The notes below the pieces were generated by a model. The model was not told where the DNA came from and did no database searches. It was given only the letters and a program-made list of their open reading frames with translations. Below are positions 33,171 through 42,395 of a stretch of 64,000 nt of DNA, piece by piece. A program made the translations under genes and the position numbers. Positions within the stretch are counted from its first letter, which is position 1. The number at the start of each line of letters is the position of its first letter. The stretch is from Arenicellales bacterium (GTDB lineage Bacteria > Pseudomonadota > Gammaproteobacteria > Arenicellales > JBFEOO01). The stretch is taken from positions 2,138 through 66,137 of the forward strand of contig JBFEOO010000011.1 of assembly GCA_041550555.1 (NCBI GenBank), read 5' to 3'.

Positions 33171-34580
33171 ATGGCATCAGTGAGCAATCTCGACATTGTC
33201 GTGCTGGACACCAATGTGCTCATCCACGACCCCCACGCCGTACGCAGATTTTCGAACCAGGATGTCTATCTGCCGCTGGTCGTTCTCGAGCAGCTCGACG
33301 CCGCCAAGAAAGGGGTCTCCGAGCTCGCTCGCAGCGCGCGCGAGGCCAGCCACTTCATCTCCGCGCTCTTGGCAGATCACGCCACACCCGGATCAGACGG
33401 CGTTCCGCTGACCCCCGGCGACAAACGCCGCGGGGCTCGGCTGCACTTCGTCCTTGACCGACCCGCGGCTGCCTTACCGTCGGGCTTGGATCCGCACGAC
33501 CCCGGCACCCAGCTGCTCGGCTGCGCGCTGGTGCTGCAGCGGGATCGACCCGATACCCGCGTGACGCTGGTATCGAAGGACGTCAACCTCCGCATCAAGG
33601 CGCAACTGCTCGGTATCGCCGCCGAGGACTATCTCGAGGAGCGGCGGATCGATGACAGCGCTCTCGGGCAGTCCGGCGTGCATCGTTTTCACACGGGCGC
33701 AGAGGCGCTCGAGCACCTGGGCCGCACCGGGGACGGCCGGCGGCTGTTTCGGGTAGCGCGACCGCCGGAGCTGGCGTGCGCCCCGAACGAGTACGTCGAG
33801 CTGCTCGCCGGGCAGGACGCCGTAGGAGGTGAGCCACTTTGTTGCATGGTCCACAGCGTTGAGGCCGCTTCGCTGGTCGTCCGCGAGGCCGTCGATCACA
33901 CGCTGCCGGAGCAGGCCGTCTGGGGCGTTCACGCCCGCAGCGCCGAGCAGAACGCGGCGCTCAACCTTCTGCTCGACCCGGAGATCGATCTGGTGACGCT
34001 GGCCGGACAGGCGGGCACGGGGAAGACGCTGCTGACGCTCGCCGCGGGTCTTCACCAGACCCTGGAGGCGCGGCGCTATCAGGAGATACTCGTTACCCGC
34101 GTGACGGTTCCGGTCGGCGAGGACATCGGCTTCCTGCCCGGTACCGAGGAAGAGAAAATGCACCCCTGGATGGGAGCGCTCGAGGACAATCTGGAGATTC
34201 TGCTGCCCGAATCGTCTGCGAGCACGGGCAGCTGGGGGCGCGCGGCCACCCATGATCTGGTGCGCCAGCGAGTGCGCATCAAGTCTCTGAACTTCATGCG
34301 TGGACGTACGTTCATAGAAAAGTTTCTAATCATCGACGAAGCGCAGAATCTCACGCCGCACCAGCTCAAGACGCTGATCACCCGGGCCGGCCGTGGGACC
34401 AAGATCGTGTGTCTCGGCAATCTGGCTCAGATCGACACCCCGTATATAACGGCGGCGACGTCGGGGCTCTCGTACGTCGTGGACCGTTTCAGAAGCTGGC
34501 CCCACGCCGGCCACGTCGCCCTCGCCCGAGTCGAACGTTCGCGACTCGCCGACCACGCGGCAGAAGTACTCGACGTCTGA
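33171..34580 (+). CDS. PIN-domain / PhoH-like ATPase fusion (PhoH2/YlaK type)
   Basis: N-terminal PIN (IVVLDTNVLIHDP), Walker A GQAGTGKTLL, Walker B FLIIDEAQN, PhoH C-terminal core. Start ATG 33171. Confidence 0.85.
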   Translation: MASVSNLDIVVLDTNVLIHDPHAVRRFSNQDVYLPLVVLEQLDAAKKGVSELARSAREASHFISALLADHATPGSDGVPLTPGDKRRGARLHFVLDRPAAALPSGLDPHDPGTQLLGCALVLQRDRPDTRVTLVSKDVNLRIKAQLLGIAAEDYLEERRIDDSALGQSGVHRFHTGAEALEHLGRTGDGRRLFRVARPPELACAPNEYVELLAGQDAVGGEPLCCMVHSVEAASLVVREAVDHTLPEQAVWGVHARSAEQNAALNLLLDPEIDLVTLAGQAGTGKTLLTLAAGLHQTLEARRYQEILVTRVTVPVGEDIGFLPGTEEEKMHPWMGALEDNLEILLPESSASTGSWGRAATHDLVRQRVRIKSLNFMRGRTFIEKFLIIDEAQNLTPHQLKTLITRAGRGTKIVCLGNLAQIDTPYITAATSGLSYVVDRFRSWPHAGHVALARVERSRLADHAAEVLDV

Positions 34581-34673
34581 TCCCGGCGTCGACGCGCAAA
34601 CCGTGGGGAGCATCGTCCCACTTCGGCCACGTGCACGCGGACGCGACCGCGCTCGCCGGCCCGGCTGAGCCTC

Positions 34674-35045
34674 TCAGGTGCTCTGCTGGGAGCCGTCGTC
34701 GAGTGCCGCGACGTGCTCTTCGTATCGCCTGCGGAACAGCGCTTCGAGCTCGTCGATGATCTCAGCGGCGGGTCGTCCCTGCACGATGTGCTCGCCCATG
34801 AGCGTCGAACAGGCATCGAGCAGGGTGGTCGGATCGAGCATAGGATAGGTGGCGGTCAGTCGCTTCATGGCGCCGACGACGGTTTCCTGCGGGGGACGTT
34901 CGATGGCCGCGGGGATCGCTGGTGCGCGCGCCTGATCGCCGTCGCGGGCGGCCAGGAACTCGGCAAAGTCGAGCAACGTGTGGCGGCGCTCCTCGGAGAG
35001 CCGCCGGTAAAGCGCGAGCAGGCGCTTGGAGTCGGACCGGCTCAT
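34674..35045 (-). CDS. Hypothetical protein (123 aa)
   Basis: Internal ATG 35045 (MSRSDSKRLLALYRRL..) of ORF 34674-35315. Lies 76 nt downstream of, and co-directional with, the LysR gene. No recognisable motif. Confidence 0.45.
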   Translation of the reverse strand: MSRSDSKRLLALYRRLSEERRHTLLDFAEFLAARDGDQARAPAIPAAIERPPQETVVGAMKRLTATYPMLDPTTLLDACSTLMGEHIVQGRPAAEIIDELEALFRRRYEEHVAALDDGSQQST

Positions 35046-35121
35046 CTTTCCGCGGTGTGACGGCGTCGACCGTCGCCCCCGGCTGCCCCTGCGGACGCGC
35101 TGGCTCGAACGGGAAACGCGT

Positions 35122-36030
35122 TCACCCGCCCGTATCTCTTTTCCCGCACTGCTCCTCGGCAAACGCCAAGAACTCCTCCATGGCGCGCAGACGAAACTTC
35201 TGTCGCTGATAGACGATGGAGAACGGTCGTTTGATCGGTGGTGAGAGACTGATCGCCGCCAGCGTCCCGAGCCTGAGCTCCTTTCCCACGGTGGCCAGGG
35301 ACAGGATGGATACACCCAACCCTGCCTCGACGGCGCTCTTGATGGACTCCGGGCTGCCGAACTCCATTATCGAGTCGAGATCACCGAGACTCAGATCGCG
35401 GCTGCTCAGATAGCTGCTGAGCACCTCACGGGTACCGGAGCCCTCCTCTCTGGAAATGAACGGGAAGCTCAGCAGGGCGGCAGCATCGACGGTCTCCCGT
35501 CCGGCCAGCTCGTGGTGCGGCGGGCACACCAGCACCAGCTCGTCCTCCCAGCACACCTTGGATACCAGATTCTTGTTGTTGATTGGACCTTCCACAACGC
35601 CGACATCGATCTCGTTGCTTTCGACCATTTGAATGATTCCGCCCGTATTCGCCACGTTCAATCTCAGCGTGACGCCCGGATGCTGGCGCTGAAACTCGCC
35701 CAGCAGGGAGGGCAGTACGTATTCGGCGATCGTCGTGCTGGCGCCAACGACAAGCGGGCCGACGACCTCGCCCGTGAGCTTGCGAACTTCATTGTCCATC
35801 TCCGTGTACGTCTCGAGGATGCGCTGGGCATACTCGTACACGATCTTGCCTGCATCGGTGAGACTGATGCGGTTGTGAGTGCGATCAAAAAGCCGAGTGT
35901 TGAAGTAGTCCTCGAGCTGCCGGATCTGGAACGTCACCGCCGGCTGCGTCATGTGCAACGACTCGGCCGCCTTGGTGAAGCTGAGCAGCCGGGCGACGGT
36001 CGCGAAGACTTGTAGGCGTCGATCCGCCAT
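35122..36030 (-). CDS. LysR-family transcriptional regulator
   Basis: wHTH FTKAAESLHMTQPAVTFQIRQLE plus a periplasmic-binding-like effector domain. Start ATG 36030 (MADRRLQVF). Confidence 0.9.
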   Translation of the reverse strand: MADRRLQVFATVARLLSFTKAAESLHMTQPAVTFQIRQLEDYFNTRLFDRTHNRISLTDAGKIVYEYAQRILETYTEMDNEVRKLTGEVVGPLVVGASTTIAEYVLPSLLGEFQRQHPGVTLRLNVANTGGIIQMVESNEIDVGVVEGPINNKNLVSKVCWEDELVLVCPPHHELAGRETVDAAALLSFPFISREEGSGTREVLSSYLSSRDLSLGDLDSIMEFGSPESIKSAVEAGLGVSILSLATVGKELRLGTLAAISLSPPIKRPFSIVYQRQKFRLRAMEEFLAFAEEQCGKRDTGG

Positions 36031-36108
36031 CGTGGTTATGCAGACCTGAGCGTAGAGCGCGTAGCGGACGTCGCGTGTGCTGCGCCAATAAGGAAGCACC
36101 CGCGCGCG

Positions 36109-36123
36109 ATAAGAGAATTTTAT
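36109..36123. promoter_or_regulatory. Candidate LTTR box (ATAA-N7-TTAT, T-N11-A)
   Basis: ATAAGAGAATTTTAT dyad 79-93 nt upstream of the LysR start, in an AT-richer patch. Confidence 0.3.
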
Positions 36124-36213
36124 GGCCTGGCGGCCGGAAAAGGAATCGGGCGGTCTCGGCGACACGCCCGTTCGAGGCGGCGGCCGAGGCGGCCGCCCCC
36201 GAGTACGACGGTC

Positions 36214-37446
36214 TCAGCTGACGGCGAATCCGTCGAGCGCCAGCTTGAGGTCGGTAGGGCTGCTTGCGTGCTGCAGCGCTGTCTCCTCGGTAATTTCGTC
36301 GCGGCGGCAAAGCTGGAAGAGGTGCTGATCGAACGACAGCATGCCCTCTACAATGGCGCCCTTCTTCACCAGATCGGCGATGTCCTTGACCTTGAGCGGA
36401 TCGAGTATCAGCTCCCTTACGCGCGCCGACACGGTCAGTATCTCGCAGGCCAGCACGCGCCCCTGACCCGACGCACGCGGCAGCAGACGCTGGGCGATGA
36501 CCGCGCGTAGATTCTGGGCAAGCTTGGCGCGCAAGGTGGGCTGCGCTTCCGGCTCGAATGAGGAGATCATGCGCGTAATCGTCTCCGCCGTCGCCGGCGC
36601 GTGCAGCGTCGAGAACACCAGATGACCCGTCTCCGCCGCGGTGAGCGCGATGTCCATGGTCTCCGGATCGCGCATCTCGCCGAGCAGAATGACGTCGGGG
36701 TCTTCGCGCAGCGCCGCTTTCATGGCGTCGGCGAACGTGAGGGCGTCGATCAAGAGCTCACGCTGGGAGATGATCGAGCGCTTGTCCTCGAAGAGATATT
36801 CGACGGGGTCCTCGATGGTGATGATGTGCTTGGCGTAGCGTGTGTTGATCTCATTGATGAGCGATGCGATCGTCGTCGATTTTCCCGAACCTGTTGCCCC
36901 GGTGAGGATCACGAGCCCGCGCTCGAAATGTGCCAGGTCTTGCGCCAGCTCGGGCAGTCCCAACTCGTCGGGGACCGGCACATAGCCGCTCAGCACGCGG
37001 AGCGCCATGGCAATGGTGCCGCGCTGGTAGTAAACGTTCACGCGAAGCCGTCCCACGCCCTCGACACCGAGGGACAGGTCGGCCTGGAATCGCTCCTGCA
37101 ACAGCTTCCAGTGGCGCGGTGACATCACGCTCTTGGCCACCGCCTCCATGTCGCTCGCGCTGAGCATCGGATACTCGCGCAGCGGCTCGAGCACGCCATC
37201 GACGCGAACCAACGGGTGATTTTTCACACGCAGGTGGATATCCGAAGCCTTCTCTTCGACGGCGTGCTGCACCAGCTCCGTTATCAGATGCGATGGATCG
37301 CCCAGCCTGCCTGAGCCGTTGGCCCCTTCTGGACGACGAACGGGCGATTCGGAAGACGATGAAGGATTGGCTTCTTGCAAGGCTTTATCCCCGGGTCGGT
37401 TTGCCGGTACACACGGCCGGACGAGTCCTCTACAAGCATAGCCCAT
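36214..37446 (-). CDS. PilT/PilU-family hexameric ATPase (orphan, no pil neighbours)
   Basis: Walker A GATGSGKSTT, Asp box IITIEDPVEY, Walker B VILLGEMRD, His box TGHLVFSTLH. The start is uncertain because the first ~50 codons after ATG 37446 have low third-position G+C. TTG 37380, preceded by GGGGA, is an alternative. Confidence 0.85.
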   Translation of the reverse strand: MGYACRGLVRPCVPANRPGDKALQEANPSSSSESPVRRPEGANGSGRLGDPSHLITELVQHAVEEKASDIHLRVKNHPLVRVDGVLEPLREYPMLSASDMEAVAKSVMSPRHWKLLQERFQADLSLGVEGVGRLRVNVYYQRGTIAMALRVLSGYVPVPDELGLPELAQDLAHFERGLVILTGATGSGKSTTIASLINEINTRYAKHIITIEDPVEYLFEDKRSIISQRELLIDALTFADAMKAALREDPDVILLGEMRDPETMDIALTAAETGHLVFSTLHAPATAETITRMISSFEPEAQPTLRAKLAQNLRAVIAQRLLPRASGQGRVLACEILTVSARVRELILDPLKVKDIADLVKKGAIVEGMLSFDQHLFQLCRRDEITEETALQHASSPTDLKLALDGFAVS

Positions 37447-37613
37447 GGCAAGGCCTTGTCCACGGCCGCGCCCGGCAGTCCGCCACGCCCACCGCGCACC
37501 ATTTTTTTGCTGTGAGCTCTTTGCCGTGCACCCTCGCCGCCCGGAGCACGGCGGCGCACCGTGCTCGGCTGCGAAGGCTGCCCGGTCACGACGCTCCGGT
37601 GCCCGCCGCGCGC

Positions 37614-38750
37614 TTACCGCTGACGCGCCGCTCGCCAGCGCTCTAGCGCCGCCCCCGAATCGATGACAGCCGCCGCCCGCAACGCTCCTTGCCGGAGATC
37701 CGTGCAGGACAGGACATGCTGCTGACACAACGCGGCCGCGTAGACGAGGCTGTCGCGGACAGGGCCGGGCCGACCGCGGAGGGCCTGCTCCCCGGCGTCC
37801 GCCGTCGCCGCCGCGGCGGCGTCGATGTCGATTGCCGCGCCAATGCCGTCGCCCGGTGCGGCAGCAGACGGTAGATCCGCCGGCAGCGGGGCCGCCCGCA
37901 CGCTCTGCTCGATGCCGATGCTCTGCGGGGCGACGCGCAGCTCCTCGTCGTCACCGCCCCCATAAAATTGCACGATCTTGGCGGGCTGCTGCAGCGACGG
38001 CACCACACCCCCTTCCACTCCCCGCACGATCATGGCGGAATCGAAGCCGGCGTGCCGCGCCAGCATCGTGTACACGCGCGGATAGGCCTTGTGCACGTAG
38101 CCCGTGACGAGGTGGGTCGTCTGGCGACCGCGGATGGGCCCGACCAGCACCTCGACGGTCGTCAGGCACGGGCGCTTGACGATGAGCGTGCGCAGCTCAG
38201 TGAGCGCATGGAGAGCGGGGCAGAAGCTCCGCTGATCGATGTACGCCCAGCCGAGCGACTCCTCCGCCAGACGGACGGCGGCCTGCGCCGGCGTAAGATC
38301 GACGGGGATGCCGGCAGCCTGCAGCACGCGGTTGTGGGTGATGCCGTACTTCGGCCCCATGCTTTCCACGCCATGCGACACGCTTGGCAGCCCCAGCGCG
38401 GCGAGCACCGCCGGTAGAAACGGCGACGCCGGCAACCCCCGCGTATAACCGTCGTAGGGGTCCGCGATGTCGACGACCCGCTCCACATCGGCCGTCATGT
38501 GCCCGGCCACGTCGAGGATCGCCTGCAGCACGCCCCGGTTCTCGTCGTCGGTCTCACGTTTCATGCGCAACGCGATCAGGAATACCGCGGCCTGCACCCC
38601 ATCGACCCGCTGATCGAGCACGAGACGCATGCCGTCGCGCGCATCCTCGAGCGGTATATCTTTGCTCAACTCGGGGCCGGTCGCGATGCGCTGGATGATG
38701 GAACGCATCTTGACGTCGGCGGCGAAAGCTTGATCAGGGGCGATTTCCAT
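37614..38750 (-). CDS. Anthranilate phosphoribosyltransferase-like (glycosyltransferase family 3) protein lacking the PRPP motif
   Basis: Collinear with TrpD over the helical N-domain and the alpha/beta domain. The TrpD GTGGD loop reads DPYDGY, and KHGNRsvSSksGSsD reads SHGVESMGPKYGITHN. AGAGG lies 7 nt before ATG 38750. Confidence 0.7.
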   Translation of the reverse strand: MEIAPDQAFAADVKMRSIIQRIATGPELSKDIPLEDARDGMRLVLDQRVDGVQAAVFLIALRMKRETDDENRGVLQAILDVAGHMTADVERVVDIADPYDGYTRGLPASPFLPAVLAALGLPSVSHGVESMGPKYGITHNRVLQAAGIPVDLTPAQAAVRLAEESLGWAYIDQRSFCPALHALTELRTLIVKRPCLTTVEVLVGPIRGRQTTHLVTGYVHKAYPRVYTMLARHAGFDSAMIVRGVEGGVVPSLQQPAKIVQFYGGGDDEELRVAPQSIGIEQSVRAAPLPADLPSAAAPGDGIGAAIDIDAAAAATADAGEQALRGRPGPVRDSLVYAAALCQQHVLSCTDLRQGALRAAAVIDSGAALERWRAARQR

Positions 38751-38946
38751 GAGGGCGCCTCTGCGCGAGTTCCTCTGTCGAGCCCGACAGTCTAACGAAC
38801 CCTCGTAACGGCATACATCCCCCCTCGCGCTTCAGCGGGCGCGCCCGGTTCGCTGCCCACGCGGCGCCGATCGTCGATAGAGATCAGAAGCGATGGACGG
38901 CGATGCGCCGGGGGCGACACTTCCTGACGCTGGCCGGGAGCGCTCT

Positions 38947-38955
38947 TGTTATAAT
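38947..38955 (+). promoter_or_regulatory. Extended -10 element TGtTATAAT upstream of the Sel1 gene
   Basis: TGTTATAAT ends 11 nt before ATG 38967. No Shine-Dalgarno lies in between, implying a near-leaderless transcript. Confidence 0.35.
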
Positions 38956-38966
38956 CGAACCCGTTC

Positions 38967-39419
38967 ATGGACACTACAGAGGAGAACAGCGATCGCCAGC
39001 TTTCGATGGAGCTGGCGAGCGGTATCGCGGCGTTCGAGGCCAAGCATTTTGCGCGCGCCGCGCAGCTCCTGGGGCCGATCGCCGAGCAGGGCCATGCCGA
39101 CGCCCAGTACCGGCTCGCGATCATGCACCAGAATGGCCTGGGACTGGTACGCGACCCACACCGCGCCCTTCGCTGGATGACGGCCGCCGCCGAGCAAGGC
39201 CATGCCCTGGCACAGCACGGTCTCGGCTTCATGTACCTACATGGCGACTGCACCGAACGCAACCCGAGCGAGGCCGCCCGCTGGTTCGAGCGCGGCGCCG
39301 CCCAGGGGCTGGCCGGCTCTCAGGCTGCGCTCGCTGAGCTGTACGCCCAGGGCGAGGGCGTGCCGCGCGATCCCGAGCGGGCGCGCCAGCTTTACCGCCT
39401 GGCGGGATTCGACGCCTAG
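38967..39419 (+). CDS. Sel1-repeat (TPR-like) protein
   Basis: Three tandem Sel1 units: GHADAQYRLAIMHQNGLGLVRDPHRALRWMTAAA, GHALAQHGLGFMY..GDCTERNPSEAARWFERGA, GLAGSQAALAELYAQGEGVPRDPERARQLY. Confidence 0.8.
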   Translation: MDTTEENSDRQLSMELASGIAAFEAKHFARAAQLLGPIAEQGHADAQYRLAIMHQNGLGLVRDPHRALRWMTAAAEQGHALAQHGLGFMYLHGDCTERNPSEAARWFERGAAQGLAGSQAALAELYAQGEGVPRDPERARQLYRLAGFDA

Positions 39420-39532
39420 CGCCGATACGGCGGCCCCCCTTTGGTGACCGCCCGCCGAGCGGTCGCAGACTGCTCCCGCGCTGATCGCCGGGCGTCGCCG
39501 CAAGCGGTCCGTCGTAAACGGGCACACGCGCA

Positions 39533-40504
39533 ATGACCAAGACCGTCCGCATCGTGCCGTCGGGGCGCACTTTCGTCGTGCAGGGCAACGAGACGCTGCT
39601 CGAAGCGGCGCTCGCCTGCGGTCTGAGGCTCGACTACGGCTGCAGCAACGGCCACTGCGGCCGTTGTCGGGCGCGGGTCGTCGGTGGATCGGTGGTGCGC
39701 GTGCGCCACAGCGATTTCCCTTTTCGCGCTGCCGAGCGGCAGGCCGGGCACATATTGCTGTGCACCTGCACGGCGACCAGCGATCTGCTGCTCGAGGCCG
39801 ACGAGTCGGACTCGCCGCGGCACATTCCGGTGCAAACGCTCACGGCCCGGGTTCGGCGCATCGAGCGCCTTGGCGGCGGCGCACTCGGACTCGAGCTCCG
39901 CACACCGCGCAGCAGCCGGCTCAGATTCCTCGCTGGCCAGCACGCCACGCTCCGGCTCGCGGACGGTACCGCGGCGCAGCTCCCCATAGCCAGCTGCCCG
40001 TGCGAAGAGCGCACGCTCCAGTTCCATCTGCCCCTCGATGGCGCAGCCTCGTTCGGCCGTGCGCTCGTCGAGCGGGGGCGCAGCCCCAGCGAGCTTACGG
40101 TCGAGGGGCCGCGGGGCGAGTTCGTGCTCGACGAGCAATCGACGCGGCCACTGCTCTTCGTAGCATTCGATACCGGCTTCGCCGCCGTAAAAAGCCTCAT
40201 CGAGCATGCGATGGCCATTGAGCTGACGCAGCCGATGACGCTGTGGTGGTTCGCCAGCGAGGCGGTCGGTCACTATATGCACAACCTGGCGCGTTCGTGG
40301 GATGATGCGTTCGATCACTTCGATTACCGACCGCTCAGCCTGGAGGCGCCGCACGAGCTTCGGCCGCCACCGGGGGCGACGCCGTGGCACGAGCTGGACG
40401 TCTACCTGGCCGGGCCCTCTGCCGTGCTCCAGCCCACTGCCGGTCGCCTGCTCGAGCTCGGCGTGCCCCCGGCACAGCTGCGCTGCGGGGATTGGAGCGG
40501 GTGA
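39533..40504 (+). CDS. 2Fe-2S ferredoxin fused to an FNR-like reductase module (cofactor motifs degenerate)
   Basis: Plant-type cluster CSNGHCGRC..LLCTC. The FNR-like barrel and Rossmann order is kept. RxYS reads AQLPIAS and GGTG(I/V)AP reads AFDTGFAAV. Confidence 0.7.
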   Translation: MTKTVRIVPSGRTFVVQGNETLLEAALACGLRLDYGCSNGHCGRCRARVVGGSVVRVRHSDFPFRAAERQAGHILLCTCTATSDLLLEADESDSPRHIPVQTLTARVRRIERLGGGALGLELRTPRSSRLRFLAGQHATLRLADGTAAQLPIASCPCEERTLQFHLPLDGAASFGRALVERGRSPSELTVEGPRGEFVLDEQSTRPLLFVAFDTGFAAVKSLIEHAMAIELTQPMTLWWFASEAVGHYMHNLARSWDDAFDHFDYRPLSLEAPHELRPPPGATPWHELDVYLAGPSAVLQPTAGRLLELGVPPAQLRCGDWSG

Positions 40505-40668
40505 AGTCGACGAGGACCCCCCGCAGGCGACGCCGCCGGCCCGGTATGCGCTCACGGTCAAGGCCGGGACCTCGTTGCGTCACTATTGCCAAAAGGGTAT
40601 TCACAACCACCCTGCAAATGCACAACGATGAGGCAAATGTTTGAGATGACCCATTCGCGGGGCTCCGC

Positions 40669-42069
40669 ATGAGGTTTCTGCCGATTTTTCTCGACCTACG
40701 CTCGCGCCGTTGCGTCGTCGTCGGCGGCGGCGCGGTGGCCGCCCGCAAGATCAGCCTGCTGCTCGACGCGCAGGCCGACGTCACGGTGGTCTCGCCCACG
40801 GTGTGCGACACCATCGTCCAGTGGCTCGGCGACGCCCGTCTACGTCACGAGGAAACCCGCTTCGATCCGTCCCATCTCGACGGCGCCGTGCTCGTCATTG
40901 CCGCCACCGACGACGCCGAGGTCAACCGTTACGTCTCAGAGGCAGCCCGACGCCGCGGGCTGCCCGTCAATGTCGTCGATGCGCCGGCGCTGTGCAGCTT
41001 CGTGATGCCGTCGATCGTCGACCGATCGCCGCTGGTCATCGCGGTGTCGAGCGGCGGCGCCTCGCCGGTGCTGGCACGCATGCTGCGTTCGCGTCTCGAG
41101 ACCCTCATTCCGTCCGCTTACGGCGAGCTCGCGTCCTTCGTCGAGGGCTTTCGAACCCGGGTCAAGCGGCGTTTTGCGGACATCGATAAGCGCCGGCGTT
41201 TCTGGGAACGCGTTCTGGACGGACCCGTCGCCGAGTTGGTGCTGGCGGGTCAGCGCGAAGCCGCTCGAGCGTCGCTCGATGAGGCGATCGCAGACGCCGG
41301 TGCGGATGCGCCCGCCACCGGCGAAGTGTATCTGGTGGGCGCCGGGCCGGGGGATCCCGATCTGCTGACCTTCCGCGCGCTGCGCCTGCTGCAACGCGCG
41401 GAGGTCGTGCTTTACGACCGGCTGGTGCCGCAAGCGATTCTCGATCTTGCCCGGCGCGACGCTGATCGCATATACGTCGGCAAGGAAAGATCCCGTCATG
41501 CGCTGCGGCAAGAGGAGATCAACCGTCTTCTCGTCGAGCTTGCGCGTCAAGGTAAACGCGTGTTGCGGCTCAAGGGCGGTGACCCGTTCATATTCGGCCG
41601 CGGCGGCGAAGAGATCGACAGCTTGGCGGCCGACGGCATCCCGTTTCAGGTGGTTCCCGGCGTCACGGCCGCATCGGGCTGCGCGGCCTACGCCGGTATT
41701 CCGCTGACGCATCGCGACCACGCGCAATCATGCCTCTTCGTCACCGGCCATCTGAAGAACGGCTCCATGGATCTAAACTGGAGCCAGCTCGTGCAACCGC
41801 AACAGACGGTGGTCGTCTACATGGGGCTGACAGGGTTGGAGATCCTGTGCCGCGAGCTCGTGGCGCACGGTATGTCGGCAGACATGCCGGCGGCTCTGAT
41901 CGAACAGGGCACGACTCGCCGGCAGCGCGTGCTGATCGGCACCTTGGCGAAGCTGCCGGCGATCGTGGGCGATGCCGCCGTCACTGCGCCGACGCTGATC
42001 ATCATCGGCGACGTGGTTCGCCTGCACGACAAGCTCAAATGGTACACCTCCGAGGAGCACGCGGCGTGA
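40669..42069 (+). CDS. cysG: Siroheme synthase (SUMT / precorrin-2 dehydrogenase / ferrochelatase)
   Basis: N-terminal Rossmann [13 protein letters not shown]-terminal methylase [32 protein letters not shown]. 466 aa. Confidence 0.93.
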   Translation: MRFLPIFLDLRSRRCVVVGGGAVAARKISLLLDAQADVTVVSPTVCDTIVQWLGDARLRHEETRFDPSHLDGAVLVIAATDDAEVNRYVSEAARRRGLPVNVVDAPALCSFVMPSIVDRSPLVIAVSSGGASPVLARMLRSRLETLIPSAYGELASFVEGFRTRVKRRFADIDKRRRFWERVLDGPVAELVLAGQREAARASLDEAIADAGADAPATGEVYLVGAGPGDPDLLTFRALRLLQRAEVVLYDRLVPQAILDLARRDADRIYVGKERSRHALRQEEINRLLVELARQGKRVLRLKGGDPFIFGRGGEEIDSLAADGIPFQVVPGVTAASGCAAYAGIPLTHRDHAQSCLFVTGHLKNGSMDLNWSQLVQPQQTVVVYMGLTGLEILCRELVAHGMSADMPAALIEQGTTRRQRVLIGTLAKLPAIVGDAAVTAPTLIIIGDVVRLHDKLKWYTSEEHAA

Positions 42070-42374
42070 GCGGCTGCACCGACAGCGAGCCGTTCGCTCT
42101 TCAGGTCCTCGGCGACAGCATGGAGCCGGAGTTTCACGACGGCATCGTCGTCGTGGCGGAACCGGGGGCGCGGCTCGAGAGCGGGTGCTATGTGATCGCG
42201 CTGCACGAGGACGGGTACCTGCTGCGCCAGCTGGTGCAGGACGACGGCCGCTGGTACCTGAAAGCGCTCAATCCGCGTTACGCGACGCATGAGCTCACGA
42301 GCTTGAGCGCGGTCCGCGGCCGTGTCATCCAGCAGGCGGGGAGACGCCGCGCCGAACGCAAGTCCTATCTCTGA
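42066..42374 (+). CDS. Stand-alone S24 (LexA/UmuD-like) peptidase domain protein
   Basis: GTG 42066 overlaps the cysG TGA (GTGA). [12 protein letters not shown] (catalytic Ser) and RWYLKALN (general-base Lys) are present. No HTH or cleavable N-terminal region. Confidence 0.6.
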   Translation: MSGCTDSEPFALQVLGDSMEPEFHDGIVVVAEPGARLESGCYVIALHEDGYLLRQLVQDDGRWYLKALNPRYATHELTSLSAVRGRVIQQAGRRRAERKSYL

Positions 42375-42395
42375 CGTGGACGACGAGGCGGCGGA

